The translations under genes and the position numbers were made by a program. DNA of 62,859 bases, the filler included, from Gonapodya sp. JEL0774 (Eukaryota): the NCBI GenBank assembly GCA_027604505.1. It is 5 parts of 5 records of this genome, joined end to end, with 100 filler letters (N's around TTAATTAATTAA, not from the genome) between each part and the next. Parts side by side here need not be neighbours in the genome. Positions count along the whole stretch, not along the records: positions 12,925 to 25,497 come from JADIIX010000339.1; positions 25,598 to 38,124 come from JADIIX010000340.1; 3 more parts are not named here. One strand, given 5' to 3'. Below are positions 12,825 through 26,152 of the stretch, in pieces (within the stretch, counting starts at the first letter, position 1; the number at the start of each line of letters is the position of its first letter). Below the pieces are notes generated by a model. That model ran no database searches. It was not told the origin of the DNA and saw only the letters and a list, made by a program, of their open reading frames with translations.

Positions 12825-12924
12825 NNNNNNNNNNNNNNNNNNNNNNNNNNNNNNNNNNNNNNNNNNNNTTAATTAATTAANNNNNNNNNNNNNNNNNNNN
12901 NNNNNNNNNNNNNNNNNNNNNNNN
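12825..12924. other. artificial scaffold-joining spacer
   Basis: N44-TTAATTAATTAA-N44; stops in all six frames; identical at four sites. Confidence 0.98.
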
Positions 12925-13478
12925 TGATTCGACAATTTTGAAAAGAGATTAATTTGAACTGAATTGGGGTCAGCGCACTGAACAGTAACTGATGCTTGAA
13001 ATCCTGTCTTGTCCATATGAAGTAGCTTGCTAGTTTATGGTATATTAATCGATTGATTGCCGACATCTGGTTGAACGTTGTTCATCAGATGGTTCACTCT
13101 CGGCAAGTGGTAGCACGTAGCCAGCATTTATGCTGTTCGGGTTGTGCTCATTCATTGCGCTCCAGACCTTGTGATTCAGAAGTGTTTTCATTATGACACT
13201 TTATCGAAATGGGCAGGGCTTACAGTTCTTCGTGCAAAGTCCTCCTCAAAACAAACCATCCTGGCGAGTGGGAACCTCATACAATACCCGTTTTTCCATT
13301 GTCATTTGCAAGTGCCGGCCATCGAAAGAAAACCTGACGGTGGAGCGGACTGAATGTTGAGCAATTTGGAATCCAATCACTCACAGTAACACTGTCTTTA
13401 CACTACATCCACTGTTCAAAAACACTCGCGCAACGATCTGCTTGACAGTTTGATTAGTCTTGGTCGAGGGTTTGCGAG

Positions 13479-16400
13479 ATGGCGGACGACCGTGCAGGTA
13501 TTACTGACTGGGACGACGATGACGATGGGGTACAGAATGGTATGGAGGATGTCGACGATGACCAGCATATAAATGGTTTCGGCGACTCTCAAAGTGGCAG
13601 CGATGGCACATCTGGAAGTAACGACGAGGAGGCTGACGAATTGGAGGACGTGGAGGACATTGTTACCCCCTATCAGGACTTGTCGTCCCTGGAATGGCCA
13701 GAGTTACTGGAAGCTCTGGAGACGAGGACAGTGAGCTCTTCAACACGGGACCTTTTACATTTGTGGGAAACTGTAGAAATCAAAATCCGGAAGCATGGTG
13801 AGAGCGGCCCAACGGTGGCTCTTTTATCCCGCGACAGTCGTTCGCTCATAGATAATCATTTCTAGGGATTCCGGAAGCCGTATTCCCCCCCTTACTTGCC
13901 GTTTTAACTATCCGGTGTCAGCTATACAGTCGCCGTGAACTTGGAAGTGCATGCGGTCGAGTTGTCGCTGCAGCATTACGCGCACTCGCACCAGGAACGC
14001 CCGACGGATTGGAACTGAAGAGAGTTGTAGCAACAGTGGACAAGGCCAGAAAGAGGTGAGGAGAGCCATGTTTCGCTTAAAGCGTGGCGGAGTATTGATG
14101 CTCCAATGCCCCCACTGCTCAATACCGCAGTTCCTCATCTCCGCACCTACTACTTCCACTCCTCCTACAAGCTCTTGCCCACATTCTCTCTCCCACTCCT
14201 GATGCGGCTAGCACCGATAGTGTCGTGGCACTTCAGTCCATACCAAGCACTCTCCCTCCAACCCTAACCGTCCTTCTCAACCTCATCCGACCTCTTTCGT
14301 TGTCGCAGGCAGTGAAATGCATTTCTCTCCATATTCCGCGAAAGACCACCGCTATTCATTTGTATTTGAAGGGGGTGGAACTGGCTGCCGCAAAAGATGC
14401 TGACAACCCGGGACTCGCTGCGTTGGTTGGAGCTGGATGGACTGTTGCCAATGGGTTCAAAAGCGGTGGCGAAGCTGTTGTGTCTTCCAAGCCGGCCATT
14501 GTTTCATGGTTCGCCACCAATATCCTCTCTCTCCCACGGAATCCTGCCCAGGGAGTCGTTGATGCACTCGTACCTTTTGTTCGCTCATGGAACGAGAGAG
14601 ACATTGAAAACCTCTCGCTTGTGGCTGAGAAGGTCATTCCAAGAACTCCAGAAGTTGCATGTCAAGGTGAGGATAATCGATTTTCATTAAACGACGTGGT
14701 AGCTTGCTACCCAATTGGTGTTAATGACAGTCATCGTTCGGTTTCAGTTCTTGCAGACATCGCAGAATACCTTTCGTCCTCACCAGCAGCTATTTTGACC
14801 CGTACGTCGTCGTCTGTGATAGGTGAGCGTGTTTCTGGTAGATGTCTCTTTCATAAATACTCCCCGAACTTTGAAATCGTGCACAGATATCCTGAAATCT
14901 ACATCAACACCTCCGACTATCCGCAGCAGATCTCTTCTCTGCTTCCAAAGACTCGTTGCTTCCAGTATTAGAGTCTCTCAAACTGTCCCCTCACTTGAAC
15001 TACCCGCGAATATGCTGTTGTCAGCGATCTCGAGTCGGCCCCCCTCCGCTGAAGCGAGAACAGCACTCTATGCTGCTGTTGGTGCCCTCGCACTTCCTGG
15101 GACCCTCTCGCCAACATTTTTATCTAAAATTGTTGATGTGCTTCTTACCTGTGCTGCGAAAGAAACCTCAGACGCTACTTTGGGCGTTATCGTGGAAAGT
15201 CTCGGGGCATATGTCGCTGTAGAGGGAACGGATGTTCTTTTCAAAGTATTGGATTTCATTCTGTCTTCAGTTTGGTCCTCAAAGACACCTGGGGCAGTCA
15301 GACGAGCGTGGATTGTGAGGTTATCGGACATGCTTCCTCCTACTCTGATTGCCTCTCAACTCGAGATTTCGGGCAAAAGCAAAGAAGTAACCAAATCTCT
15401 TTTAGATAAAGCTGTTACATTTGCTGTAAGAACTTCTGGACTCCTGGGTGGGGACGTTGTGAGCGGTGGTGCAGCTAGCCCATCCATGACAAAGGCGGCC
15501 CCTGGTTCTTCGAAGAGCAGCTCTGTTCCAGGAAAGAAGGCCACCGCTTCTTCCCTCCCAACTCCGAAGGCCAAGGATTCGAAAGATGTTAAAGACCCTG
15601 TGAAAGATGAAGTTCCAGCTGGTGATGTAGGTGAGCTTTGGAGTGTAATTGGATGGCTCTTGAAAGTCGCACGAAGAACTGGTGGTGGCGTCGGTGAGTG
15701 TGCCTAATGCTCTGACTTGCGTGGCAGCTACACGGTAATGATACCCGTTCGTATGACGGGTTCGTCTAGCCACTTTTCTGCAATCGCATTCTGCCATTTC
15801 GTTACTCCTCTCTCTTTCACCTCCACGTTCACCACTTTTTGCTGAACGTCACCTCGTTTCGAAGCCTTCGGGTCGCGACTCCCTGCTCCTTTCCTCTTTG
15901 ATCACCTCAATATCTGCGGATGTCGACGCTTGGCGAATAGTCGATAAGCAAGCGTGGAACAAGGCTTTGGGATGGTGTGGAGCTCGCGGCGACTTGTCTA
16001 CAAGAAGGTCGTTGAGGCATAATCTTAGGCGCGGAACAACTGAACACATGGACAATGGTAGATTTGAAATCGTGACTGAGATCGCAAACAGCGTCGGGGA
16101 GGCAGTGGTGGGGGCGTTGGCGGAGATACAGAAAGAGCGGATGGTTTTAGTACAGAATGCCAGTCTTACAGGATCCGCTGGAGAGGAAAACGAGAGTGTT
16201 GCAAGAGCTTGGCCTGAGGACCGCGTAAGGACTGACGGAGCTCTTGCTTTAAGAGCTTGGGAGTTGCTTGAATGTGTTGTTCCTTCTCTGGACGAAAGCT
16301 CAAATGAGGACCAGCAGAATGCAGTGGAAAGCATGGTACTGGGAGCACTGGTAGTTGGGAATCACGAGGAGCTAGGTAAGTTTACATGCCTTGATTTTTG

Positions 16401-19400
16401 CACAGAACAGTATGGATCAATCAGTCATGCACAGCGCGGATATCTGCCCAAGAATGGACTCACTTTGTTCAGATCAAACTTCGAGCGCCTCCACATGACC
16501 TCTTACAACGCCATGCCTCTTCGCTTGTTTCATCCTGGACCTCAAGTTTTTCCGCTGCGGCTGTTCCTGCTGGCATCTTGGGGTCTCTTCACCCCGATTC
16601 CGAACCGACAATGAGAAGAGCCACCATCTCGGCGATGAAGCTTCTCGTTCTCCACGCTCCCGAGTGTGTTCCCCACATTGCGCATTGGTGCGTCGAAAAA
16701 CTTCTCACCGAAGACGCATTACAACTTTCTGCCGAAGATGTGGCAATATGGCGAACACCCTTGGGATCGTTGCACTTCGACCCTGTAGAGGCCCGTCGCT
16801 CAAAGCAAGGCCAGCGAGATGACCGACCAAGAACGAAAGTGGAGAAGTGGGAGGCGGATATGCGGAAAGAGTTGGAAAAGAAAAAAACGGCGGCTGGAAA
16901 TGGGGATGGAGGTTTGACAAGCAAAAAGCCGGAAGCGCTGAAGCTTACGAAAGAGGAGCAGGGCCTGCGAGATCTGCAAATGAAGAAGGAAGCAGAAATT
17001 CGAAAAAAAGTGCAAAGTGTAGTTGGTGGAATGGAGACTGCAATGGACGTGCTGCAATCTGTCGTTGAAGGTGGCCTAGAATCACGCCGCTCATATCCGG
17101 AGGCAGCTATCTCTCTCGAAGATCCTCTTTCCCTTTCATCTGGTGCTGTGTCCCACGCTCTCCTCTCTGTTGTCAAACGAGAACTTACTGACGATCGCTG
17201 GAGACCTGACGGTTTCATGCCGCATGCTGTTGTTTGCGGTCAGAAAGCTCTTGACATTTGGGTCAAAATTGGCTATCTGGTCCTGGGCAAGTTGTGCAAG
17301 CCGGGTTTGCCTGTGGTGCAAATGGCAGTTTTACGAGTTTTGGGCATAAAGCAGCTGGATCCCGATGAGGGAGATGAGGGAATGGACGGTTCTTGGCTGA
17401 AAGGAAAAACTGAAGGTGGGAGACGACAAGAGGAAATTTCTCATCTTTCTCGTCTTTCACAGTTGATCAACTCGAACCCACTCCACTGATTGGCCTCATG
17501 TCTGTGCGAACCTATAAACACAGAACTTCTTTCCCGGATTCTTTCACAATTGTCTGGTCTTCTAGAAACACTTCTGCCACCGACTTTTCAATATATTTGG
17601 CCTATGCTTGAGGCGGTTCTAGTAAACACCGGTCGAGCTACCCTTGTCCCTGCACGTTCGCAGGTGTCGATCGCATCTCAAGTCTTGGACGTTGTAGTTC
17701 GACACTGCAACGATTCTTTGGTGTCATCGAGCTCGTTAACACCTCGTCGCCAACTAATATCCGCATTGTTCATGGCCGGGGCTCGTTTCCCAGCCCAATT
17801 CAAGGATAAGGTTATATCGGGCGCAGTGGCACTCGCTAAAGCGATTGGAGCAGCGTCTTCGGATGATCTCGAGCTCGAGGATAGCGATTTTGGTGAAGAG
17901 TTTCCACCTGTCGCTTCGGTATTACAAATACCTGGCGAGACAGACGAGGACTTCATCCTTGAGGCTATTTCTGGAACCTTTCATGCGGAGTCCGTTGTTC
18001 GCGAGGCAAGCTTGGCGGCACTCGAGTTCTTGGAGCCTGTGGCGGTGACAGAGGATCTAAAAGATCGGTTGGACTTGGCAGTTTGGATACAGAAGTTCGA
18101 CGACAATGGTAGTGTTAGCCGACAAGCGCAAGTTACTTGGAGAGCGTGGAATGGAGAAGCAAATTTGAGTGCGGAACACTTGAAATCCCTTGTGCGATCA
18201 ACCGGTGAGCAACCATTCCGTCCCGTTTCCATCCATTCCGTCATATCGAGTGCAATTGAGGTCATTGGCGTTCTCTCAAAATGTGCCCACAGTTCATGAG
18301 ATTTCCGATATTCGTAGTAACGCTGGAAGATCTCTTGCTGCAACTCTTCATTTGTACCCAGAAGCGATTGCTTCCACTCTGCAATTGCTTTACACTGCTT
18401 ATCAGGAACAGGTTCGAACGCTCTTTGATCTGTTGGTGCCATTTTGTCGCTGAAAGGTAGTACTTTGGCTCCAGGTTGCTCCTGCAAAGCCGACCGTCGA
18501 CGATTTTGGAATGGTGGCTAGATCTACGTTAGAGCCACCAAATGCTTGGGAGATCCGTCAAGGCATAGCCAAAGCCTTGACTCAGTGCAGTTCTATTTTG
18601 ACACAAGAAAACACCTTGGGACCGTTCTTCAACTTTTTAATCGACAATCAAGCTCTTGGGGACAAATCCGAGTCTGTGCGAGGGGAGATGTTGAATGCCT
18701 CCATCACGGCTATAAGTAAGCACGGTAAAACGCACATACAAGAAATCTTGCCGATTTTTGATGGGTACCTCAGCAAGACTGCGAGGCCGACTGAGACGGC
18801 AGATCGCATTAGGGAAGCAGTTGTTATCTCTCTTGGAACCCTTGCGAAAGATTTAGAGCCGTCGGATCCTCACGTAGGGACAGTCGTCGAGAAGCTGATT
18901 GAGACTCTATCGACACCATCGGAGACCGTTCAAGTTGCAGTTTCTGAATGTCTCCCACCATTGATCAGATCTCTCAAAGAAAATGCCTCCGCAGTCATCG
19001 CCAGATTGCTTCGGACCCTTTTTGAGGGAACAGATTACGCCTCGCGACGGGGCGCCGCATATGGCCTTGCGGGAGCAGTCAAAGGACGCGGACTTAGCGC
19101 TCTGAAGGAGTACAACATCATTACCATTCTCAAAGAAGCTAGCGAGGATAAAAAAGTCAAGGAACGTCGAGAAGGAGCAGCAATGGCTTATGAAACCCTA
19201 ACTCTGACTCTTGGACGTTTGTTTGAGCCGTATATTATTCAAATTATCCCTGTTCTTTTGCCGTTGTTTGGTGATAGCTCGAAAGATGTGCGAGATGCGG
19301 CGTGGGAAGCTTCGAAAGCGATTATGTCAAAGATTTCAGCTCACGGTGTGAAGCTGGTCCTTCCCTCTCTGTTGGCCGGTCTAGACGACAAAAATTGGCG

Positions 19401-22400
19401 TTCCAAAGCTGGTAGCATTGAACTCCTAGGCAGTATGGTGGGTTCGGATGTCCATCTTGAGATGAAAAGACCAGCAATTATTCACCCGTCACCTATCACA
19501 AGGCTTTCCTGGCGCCGAAACAACTTTCTTCGTCTCTTCCAATTATATTTCCTCGACTTAGTGAGGTGCTCAGTGACTCACATATGCGTGTCCAACAGGC
19601 TGCCAAAGAGGCTATGGATCGATTTGGGGAAGTCATCAAGAATCCAGAAGTGCAAACAATCATTCCCTTGTTACTAGGTGCACTGGTGGATCCAAACAAA
19701 CAAACTGCTCTCGCTCTCACCTCACTCTTGGAGACGGCATTTGTCCACTACATCGACGCTCCCAGTCTAGCTGTTATTGTCCCGATATTGAATCGCGGAA
19801 TGCGGGAGCGCAGCACGGATACACGTAAAAAGGCCGCTCAGGTGACCGTTGCGCCGCGCAAAATATGCATTGAATGCTAACCGACAATATTACTCATGTC
19901 AGATTATTGGGAACATGTCTTCGGTGACAGACCCGCGGGATCTGGTTCCTTACCTGCCAGAGTTAGTCCCGCAAGTGCGAACTCTTCTCGCAGACCCTGT
20001 TCCCGAAGCACGAGCAATATCCGCCAAGGCACTTGGTACCCTTGTTCACAAGCTTGGGGAAGAAAACTTTCCTGGACTTGTATCAGACCTTATTCAGACG
20101 CTGAAGTCCGAGCAATCTGCCACTGTCGATCGATCTGGTGCCGCACAAGGTCTCAGCGAGGTGCTCTCTAGTTTGCCTATTGAGCGATTGGAATCTTTGC
20201 TCCCAGAAGTTGTTTCTAATGCGTCCAGTGTTCGACCGTTCGTGCGTGAAGGGTTTGTCACTCTGTTGGTCTACCTCCCCGCGACTTTCAGGGAGCGCTT
20301 TCAACCTTACCTTGGCATGTGTATACCTGTCATTCTTCGAGGTTTGGCCGATGAAACCGAAGCCGTTAGAGACGCTAGTTTACGTGCTGGTCAAATGGTT
20401 ATCAAAAATTACAGTGCTTCGGCTATGGAGCTGCTTCTTCCGGAACTTGAAAAGGGTCTGTTTGACGAAAATTGGCGCATTCGTCAAAGCAGCATCACTC
20501 TTCTCGGAGATCTCCTCTATCGCGTTGTCGGAATTAGTGGACGGACACAAATGGACGGCGGAGACGAGGCAACCTTGGGTACGGAGGCTGGTCGGCGTGC
20601 ACTGTTGGAAGCTCTCGGACCCGATCGATACCAGAACATTATGGCTGCAGTCTACATAGTTCGAAACGATTCGAACTTGGTCGTCAGGAATACGTCGTTA
20701 CACGTTTGGAAATCCGTGGTGACTAACACACCTCGCACCCTCAAAGAGATCCTTGGCACAATGATGTCGATTCTCATTGACTCTCTTGCGAGTACCAGTT
20801 ATGACAAACGCTCAGTTGCAGCTAGAACACTCTCAGATCTGGTTCGAAAGCTCGGAGAACAAGTTTTGCAAGAGATATTGCCCGTCTTCGAAGATGGTAT
20901 GGATTCCGATAACCCTGACACTCGCCAAGGCGTATGTATTGGCGTTTCCGAAGTCCTTTCAAACGTCGGAAGAAATATCTTGGAGGAGTTTGAGGAGGAC
21001 TTTATCCCTATCGTCCAAAAGGGTTTGATGGATTCCGATGCAGATGTACGGGAAGCCGCCGCCCAGGCATTCGATACTCTTCATGAGCAGATTGGGTCGC
21101 TCGCCATTGACGAGATTATTCCTGCCATGTTGAAGGAGCTCAAAGGTGGCGAATCCGCTACATTTGCAATGGAAGGTCTCAAATCAGTTATGAATGTTCG
21201 GGGACAGGTGGTATTTCCGGTTCTCCTGCCAACGCTCCTTCATAAACCAATCACTGCCGAGAACGCTCGAATTCTTGGAAGTCTCATTGCCGTTGCGGGT
21301 ACTTCTCTTGCACGACGCCTGAGCAACATCATGGCTGCACTCATGGATTCGTTGCAAGAGTCGAATGATGAAGAGGTATCCTCGGATGTTCTGGAAGCAG
21401 TCAAATCTTTGGCCCGAGCGATCGACGAGGATACCCTTCATCTTTTTATGTCGACACTATTTGAAAGCTTCAAAGATGACACTCCAGGGAGGCAGAAACA
21501 TACTTGCACTTTCGTTGGTCTTTACTTCAGCGAAAACCGCCTCAGTGCCGCCACTCAATACATTCCAGATTGGATCGGTAATCTTATTGGTCTCTTCAAC
21601 TCGACTAACAGAGATATATGTGTGGCCGCGTGGACCGCCCTTGATTCCCTTATCAAAAGCGTTCAAAAAGAGGAACTTGATCGTTACGTGTCACCCATGA
21701 GACGAGCACTCGCTAGCCTGTTCCAGCATCTGTCCTTGACTGATGAAGTTCCAGGATTTAATCTTCCGAAGGTACAAAAGTCAATGGTCCCGCTTTCAGT
21801 TTCTCACTATCCGCTATGGGTACCAACTCGATTGTTTTGTTGGATAGGGCATTTCTCCTGTTCTTGCCGTCTTTAACCAAGGCGTTCTTGTTACGTCGTC
21901 TGACATCCGCGAGGCTAGCGCCCAAGGAATTAGCGATCTCGTAGCTCACACTGGAGCTGAAGCTCTGAAACCCTTCTCGACACAAATCGCTGGTCCTCTG
22001 ATTCGTATCATCACCGATCGCATTCAACCTCCCGTCAAAGCTGCTATTCTCGACACTCTTCGGAGGCTACTGGAAAAGCTGCCGATCAACATGAAGCCCT
22101 TCTTACCGCAGCTCCAGCGCACATTCATCAAAGGTCTGAGTGAAACCTCTGCGCAAGTGCGTGAGAACGCTGCATCAGCGACAGCCATCCTCATCCACCA
22201 ACAATCACGATTGGATCCGATTGTTGCAGACTTGGCGAGTGGCCTTAAGGCCGCCGAAGATCGCAGCGTGAAACAAAGCTTCTTTGTTGTGGTCAGAAGC
22301 CTGTTGTTGAGTCTTGGGACTGGCCGCGACATCAACGTCGTGAGCAAAACTACACTCGAGAAGATGATCCTGGATGCAACATTCCAAAGCGGAGAGAATG

Positions 22401-23346
22401 ATGACACGCTCAGGGTTCAAGGGGCACAATGCTTTTCCGCTTTCGTTTCGTATCTCAAACCGGAAGAGAGGCGCAAGATATTTGAGTCCACGATCTTCGC
22501 CCAGTCCCAGTCCTCGTCGGCCACATTCTCTCACGGAGTGATTCTGTCGCTATACTGTGTCCTGAGAGACAATTCAAAGGTGCTTGAGGGGGTGTTCCCT
22601 GAAGTCGTAAGCGCCGCTCTTCGTTTCCTCGATGACCCGAATGTAAAGGTATGATTGGACTTTACCGCATTCATATCTCCCGCATGCGTTAAGCCGGTGC
22701 AATCATCCCTAGTTATCGACAGAAATGACCACCATTGGAGTCGCATCGCAGCTTTGGACTCTTGGAAAGCTGTCACCGGACGAGAAGAGCACGGTTCTCG
22801 CCCGATTTTCGGCGATGATGGAAGACAGGCCGAGCGATTTGAAACGGATGGTTTTGCTCGCACTCGAGCGCCTGGCGACCGCGGATATCGATGTGAGATT
22901 GTCAACGGGGCCTCTTGTTCCTCGTCTTGGCTTTAACATGTGATTGTATATGCTATGGTGACCTAGGATACCGCGCTCTATGCACAACCAGCAGTCCCCA
23001 AAGCGTGGGAACTGGTGCGCGATCGCACCATCCCCGTGAAGCTCGCGGCCGAGCGGGCGCTCATCGCGATGTTTGGACTCAAGGAGCGGTCACCTGTCAT
23101 GCAGGTTTGTGTTTGAGATTCTCGAACGACGCCCCACGTGCTCCTACTAGGTGTAGAGCGGGCTCACCATCTCGAATGATTTCTTTTCAGACATACCTCG
23201 CTCGTTTGAGTCCTACCACCGCTCGCCCGCTTGGAGATTACGCACGACGAGTGCTGACGAAAATCGCGGACGAAGAAGGCGGAGGGGAGGAGAGTGGGAA
23301 AGTAGACGTAGAAATTGAGAGTGCTGTTTTTGGGATCTCCAGTTGA
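13479..23346 (+). CDS. GCN1: GCN1, HEAT-repeat activator of the eIF2-alpha kinase GCN2, multi-exon
   Basis: RRGAAYGLAGAVKGRG, LGRLFEPYIIQIIPVLL, HGVKLVLPSLLAGLDDKNWRSKAGSIELLGSM, FVHYIDAPSLA, DRSGAAQGLSEVL, NWRIRQSSITLLGDLL, MKPFLPQLQRTFIKGL. The 5' exons are less certain. Confidence 0.96.
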
Positions 23347-23505
23347 ACACGAAAAAGAAAATACTGCGCGAGGAGGACCGCCAGGCCATTGGGTCAGACG
23401 ATGAGATATGTACAATAGTGTGTAATTGTGCAGAAACGTCACGTATACATGGGGAAAGTCACAGGATTGCTATTTATGGACACGGTCTGCTCTGCCCACT
23501 TGAAT

Positions 23506-24203
23506 TTAATGTTGCTGTAACTGTTCATTCAGGTCGTAGTCACCTAGAGAGTGTTCTCAGTGTTGTTAAGCTCACATCAAAGGCATACGTTGATCCGTGG
23601 TACGACATACCGTAGGTCTTGTCCGTGTTGTNNNNNNNNNNNNNNNNNNNNNNNNNNNNNNNNNNNNNNNNNNNNNNNNNNNNNNNNNNNNNNNNNNNNN
23701 NNNNNNNNNNNNNNNNNNNNNNNNNNNNNNATTGACTCACTTTGCTACGCATTGCTGCGTACCCTAATGTTGAAATGTGTTTCGGTACCTTCGGAGGCAC
23801 CTCAGTGGACAAGACTCCCGAGAATCGAACGGTTTGATTCTCCATCGGCTCCAACTTCGCAGTTGTTTTTCCTGCAGATTTACGGTCCATACAGCCAAAA
23901 AAGATGTCGACGTGTTAGCAAGGCGAGCTTCCAAGGAAGAACGCTGGATCCCTCACCGCCGAGATCTTCATCCGTGCCAACGATCCATCTGTTCACCTCT
24001 TCTTCATTTTTGAACGAAAACATGGGGAGCTCAGCCCGCCATTCACCAAAGTCAATCTTCATTTCTGTGTGTTTCATCATCATCCAAAGGTGAATTAAGG
24101 AAATGGTGGCGGCGATGGGCATCGATGAACAATTACATCGAGAACCGACGTGTCTTTCCGTCACCAATGAGGAACTCACGGCGCGCAGACTCCTTCCCAG
24201 CAT
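23506..24203 (-). CDS. NDUFAF1: complex I assembly factor CIA30/NDUFAF1; middle hidden in N gap 23632-23730
   Basis: FSFKNEEEVNRWIVGTDEDLGG; VRFSGVLSTEVP..GYAAMRSK; after the gap NTDKTY/GDYDLNEQLQQH*; presequence-like MLGRSLRAVSSSL. Confidence 0.8.
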
Positions 24204-24726
24204 AGTCGAGAGAGCGACGTAAGTATCCGCCGATTTGCTTGAGACCTTCTTTGACCGACATAATGTGAGGTTGCAATGTGGAACTGGGGTGGAAATACAA
24301 AATTTACCGTGCACGTGCTACAACCAACCATTCACACAACCAACATTCAGATTCCCATGTGTTACTGCACACTGAGCTATTGTGGTGCACTGTTCTGATG
24401 AATTCGAGTTAGTGGTGCTGTGGTTGCGGTGCCTTTACACCACGCTCAGGCGTAATTTTTAAAGGTGGAGCATCCAAATACTCAGAAAAAGGCAGCCACC
24501 TTATGTGCGAAGAGGACAGGGCAGCGATCTGTCTTCTGAGCACCTTTGATCACAAAATTTTAGAGCTCGAGATTTCTGACTTTGTGCATCGTTTGGGATT
24601 CTCGCAACACGCAGGCAAGTCATCGAGAGTGATGACATGAAGCCCGCCCGGCTCCATCAGGGTGTCACACGCATCATTTGAATTCACGATCCTCAGCAGC
24701 TCTATCACTTGGGCGCTGTTATCAGA

Positions 24727-25497
24727 ATGCCCCTCGCTCCTGTCCAAAAGTTTGGAATTGCCGTTGGCACTATTGGACTAGTTCTGGTCTCATGGGGCAC
24801 GACAGTGTTTTGGAAATTTGGACACCGGAAACCCCCCGAATCGTTCGCTCACGTCGGCCTGCATTGTTGCATTGGGGTGAGTCCTATGGGCTCTTGTGTT
24901 TGATGAAAGCAAGCGTGCTGTCAGACTCGTGCTGATCCCTCCCAAAGTTGGTGAACGGACTACTCTTTGCACTTCTTTTGAATTCCGGGGCAATTCAATC
25001 CGATCCAAGCAAGCTTTGCATCATTCAAAACTTTATCAACACCTACAGCGGAATCGGAGGCTTCTTTTCCGCCGCATTTTACTTCGTTCAAGTCACGCTC
25101 CTCCTATTATGGCCTACTAAATACGGTTCAATGCAAGCCCCGACAAGTTTCTTGACAAATTTCGGCTTTTGGAGGCCCGTTGTGGCATTTGGTCTCCCCA
25201 TTGCTCCAGGCGAGAGTCGCGTTTAGAACGAGATATTCCGCCGCGAACTTCAGTCAGGATTAACACATTCTCTCACAGCAATTCTCAGCGCAGGCGCTCT
25301 TGCTTCCGACTCTCTTGCCACTGGAGTCTCAGCGTGTCGTGACAGGCCTACCGATGTCCGCGTTGTGAGTTGTACCTTTCAGTTCCAGTTGGCCAATGAT
25401 CTCCTGATCTTCTGTTCAAACAATTTCTCCACCCTTTCAGCTCATTGTGACTGCCATCCTCCTATTGGTTCCCAACGTCATCAGCATCGTCTGCACT
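24727..25497 (+). CDS. multi-pass membrane protein, GPCR-like (cAMP-receptor/Git3-type TM pattern); 3' truncated
   Basis: KFGIAVGTIGLVLVSWGTTVFW; LLFALLL; PSKLCIIQNFINTYSGIGGFFSAAFYFVQVTLLLLW; RPVVAFGLP; GTGAGT introns. Confidence 0.45.
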
Positions 25498-25597
25498 NNN
25501 NNNNNNNNNNNNNNNNNNNNNNNNNNNNNNNNNNNNNNNNNTTAATTAATTAANNNNNNNNNNNNNNNNNNNNNNNNNNNNNNNNNNNNNNNNNNNN
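25498..25597. other. artificial scaffold-joining spacer
   Basis: N44-TTAATTAATTAA-N44. Confidence 0.98.
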
Positions 25598-25606
25598 TAT
25601 ACACAA

Positions 25607-25663
25607 GTCAGATAAAAGTACCGATGTGGGTCAGATAAAAGACTTAAGGGGGTCAGGAAAAAG
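25607..25663 (+). repeat. three spaced 12-bp direct repeats
   Basis: GTCAGATAAAAG at 25607 and 25630; GTCAGGAAAAAG at 25652 (spacing 23 and 22 nt). Confidence 0.8.
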
Positions 25664-25708
25664 CGTCACACATGGTGGGGAGGAGGGATAATAACAAATT
25701 ATGATAAT

Positions 25709-26152
25709 TCAATTGGCAACTTCGATCAAACATCTAGCAAGTGATTCTTCTGTTTGATCACCTTCGTAAGGGATACTCTTTCCAAGTAGGTTTCCATCTG
25801 GAAAATACAACATTGTGGGAAATCCTTCTGTCTTTTGTTTTCTGAACACGTCTGACGGTATATCATTGGCTTCTATAGCATTAATTATAATATAATCTGA
25901 ATCCATTCGATAAAATGTTTTTTGGTCTAGCTTTGATCCAGGTGTAACGCGTTGGACAGTGGTTACAAACGCATTCCAGGTAATAGGTTTAAGTCTTTGA
26001 CACCAACCACATCCGTTGGAGTAGAATAATACAAACATTGCTTTAGACTTTTCATCTCCACCGTTGTTTTCAGTGATCACATGGCCAACAGAAGACCCTA
26101 GACCAATTATTCCAAGTAAAGAAATCAGACTAAATAAAATGACCCGGTCCAT
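25709..26152 (-). CDS. intronless single-domain thioredoxin/PDI-like protein with N-terminal signal or anchor (147 aa)
   Basis: FVLFYSNGCGWCQRLKP (CxxC); EGFPTMLYFPDG (cis-Pro loop); YEGDQTEESL; hydrophobic N-terminus. Confidence 0.9.
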   Translation of the reverse strand: MDRVILFSLISLLGIIGLGSSVGHVITENNGGDEKSKAMFVLFYSNGCGWCQRLKPITWNAFVTTVQRVTPGSKLDQKTFYRMDSDYIIINAIEANDIPSDVFRKQKTEGFPTMLYFPDGNLLGKSIPYEGDQTEESLARCLIEVAN

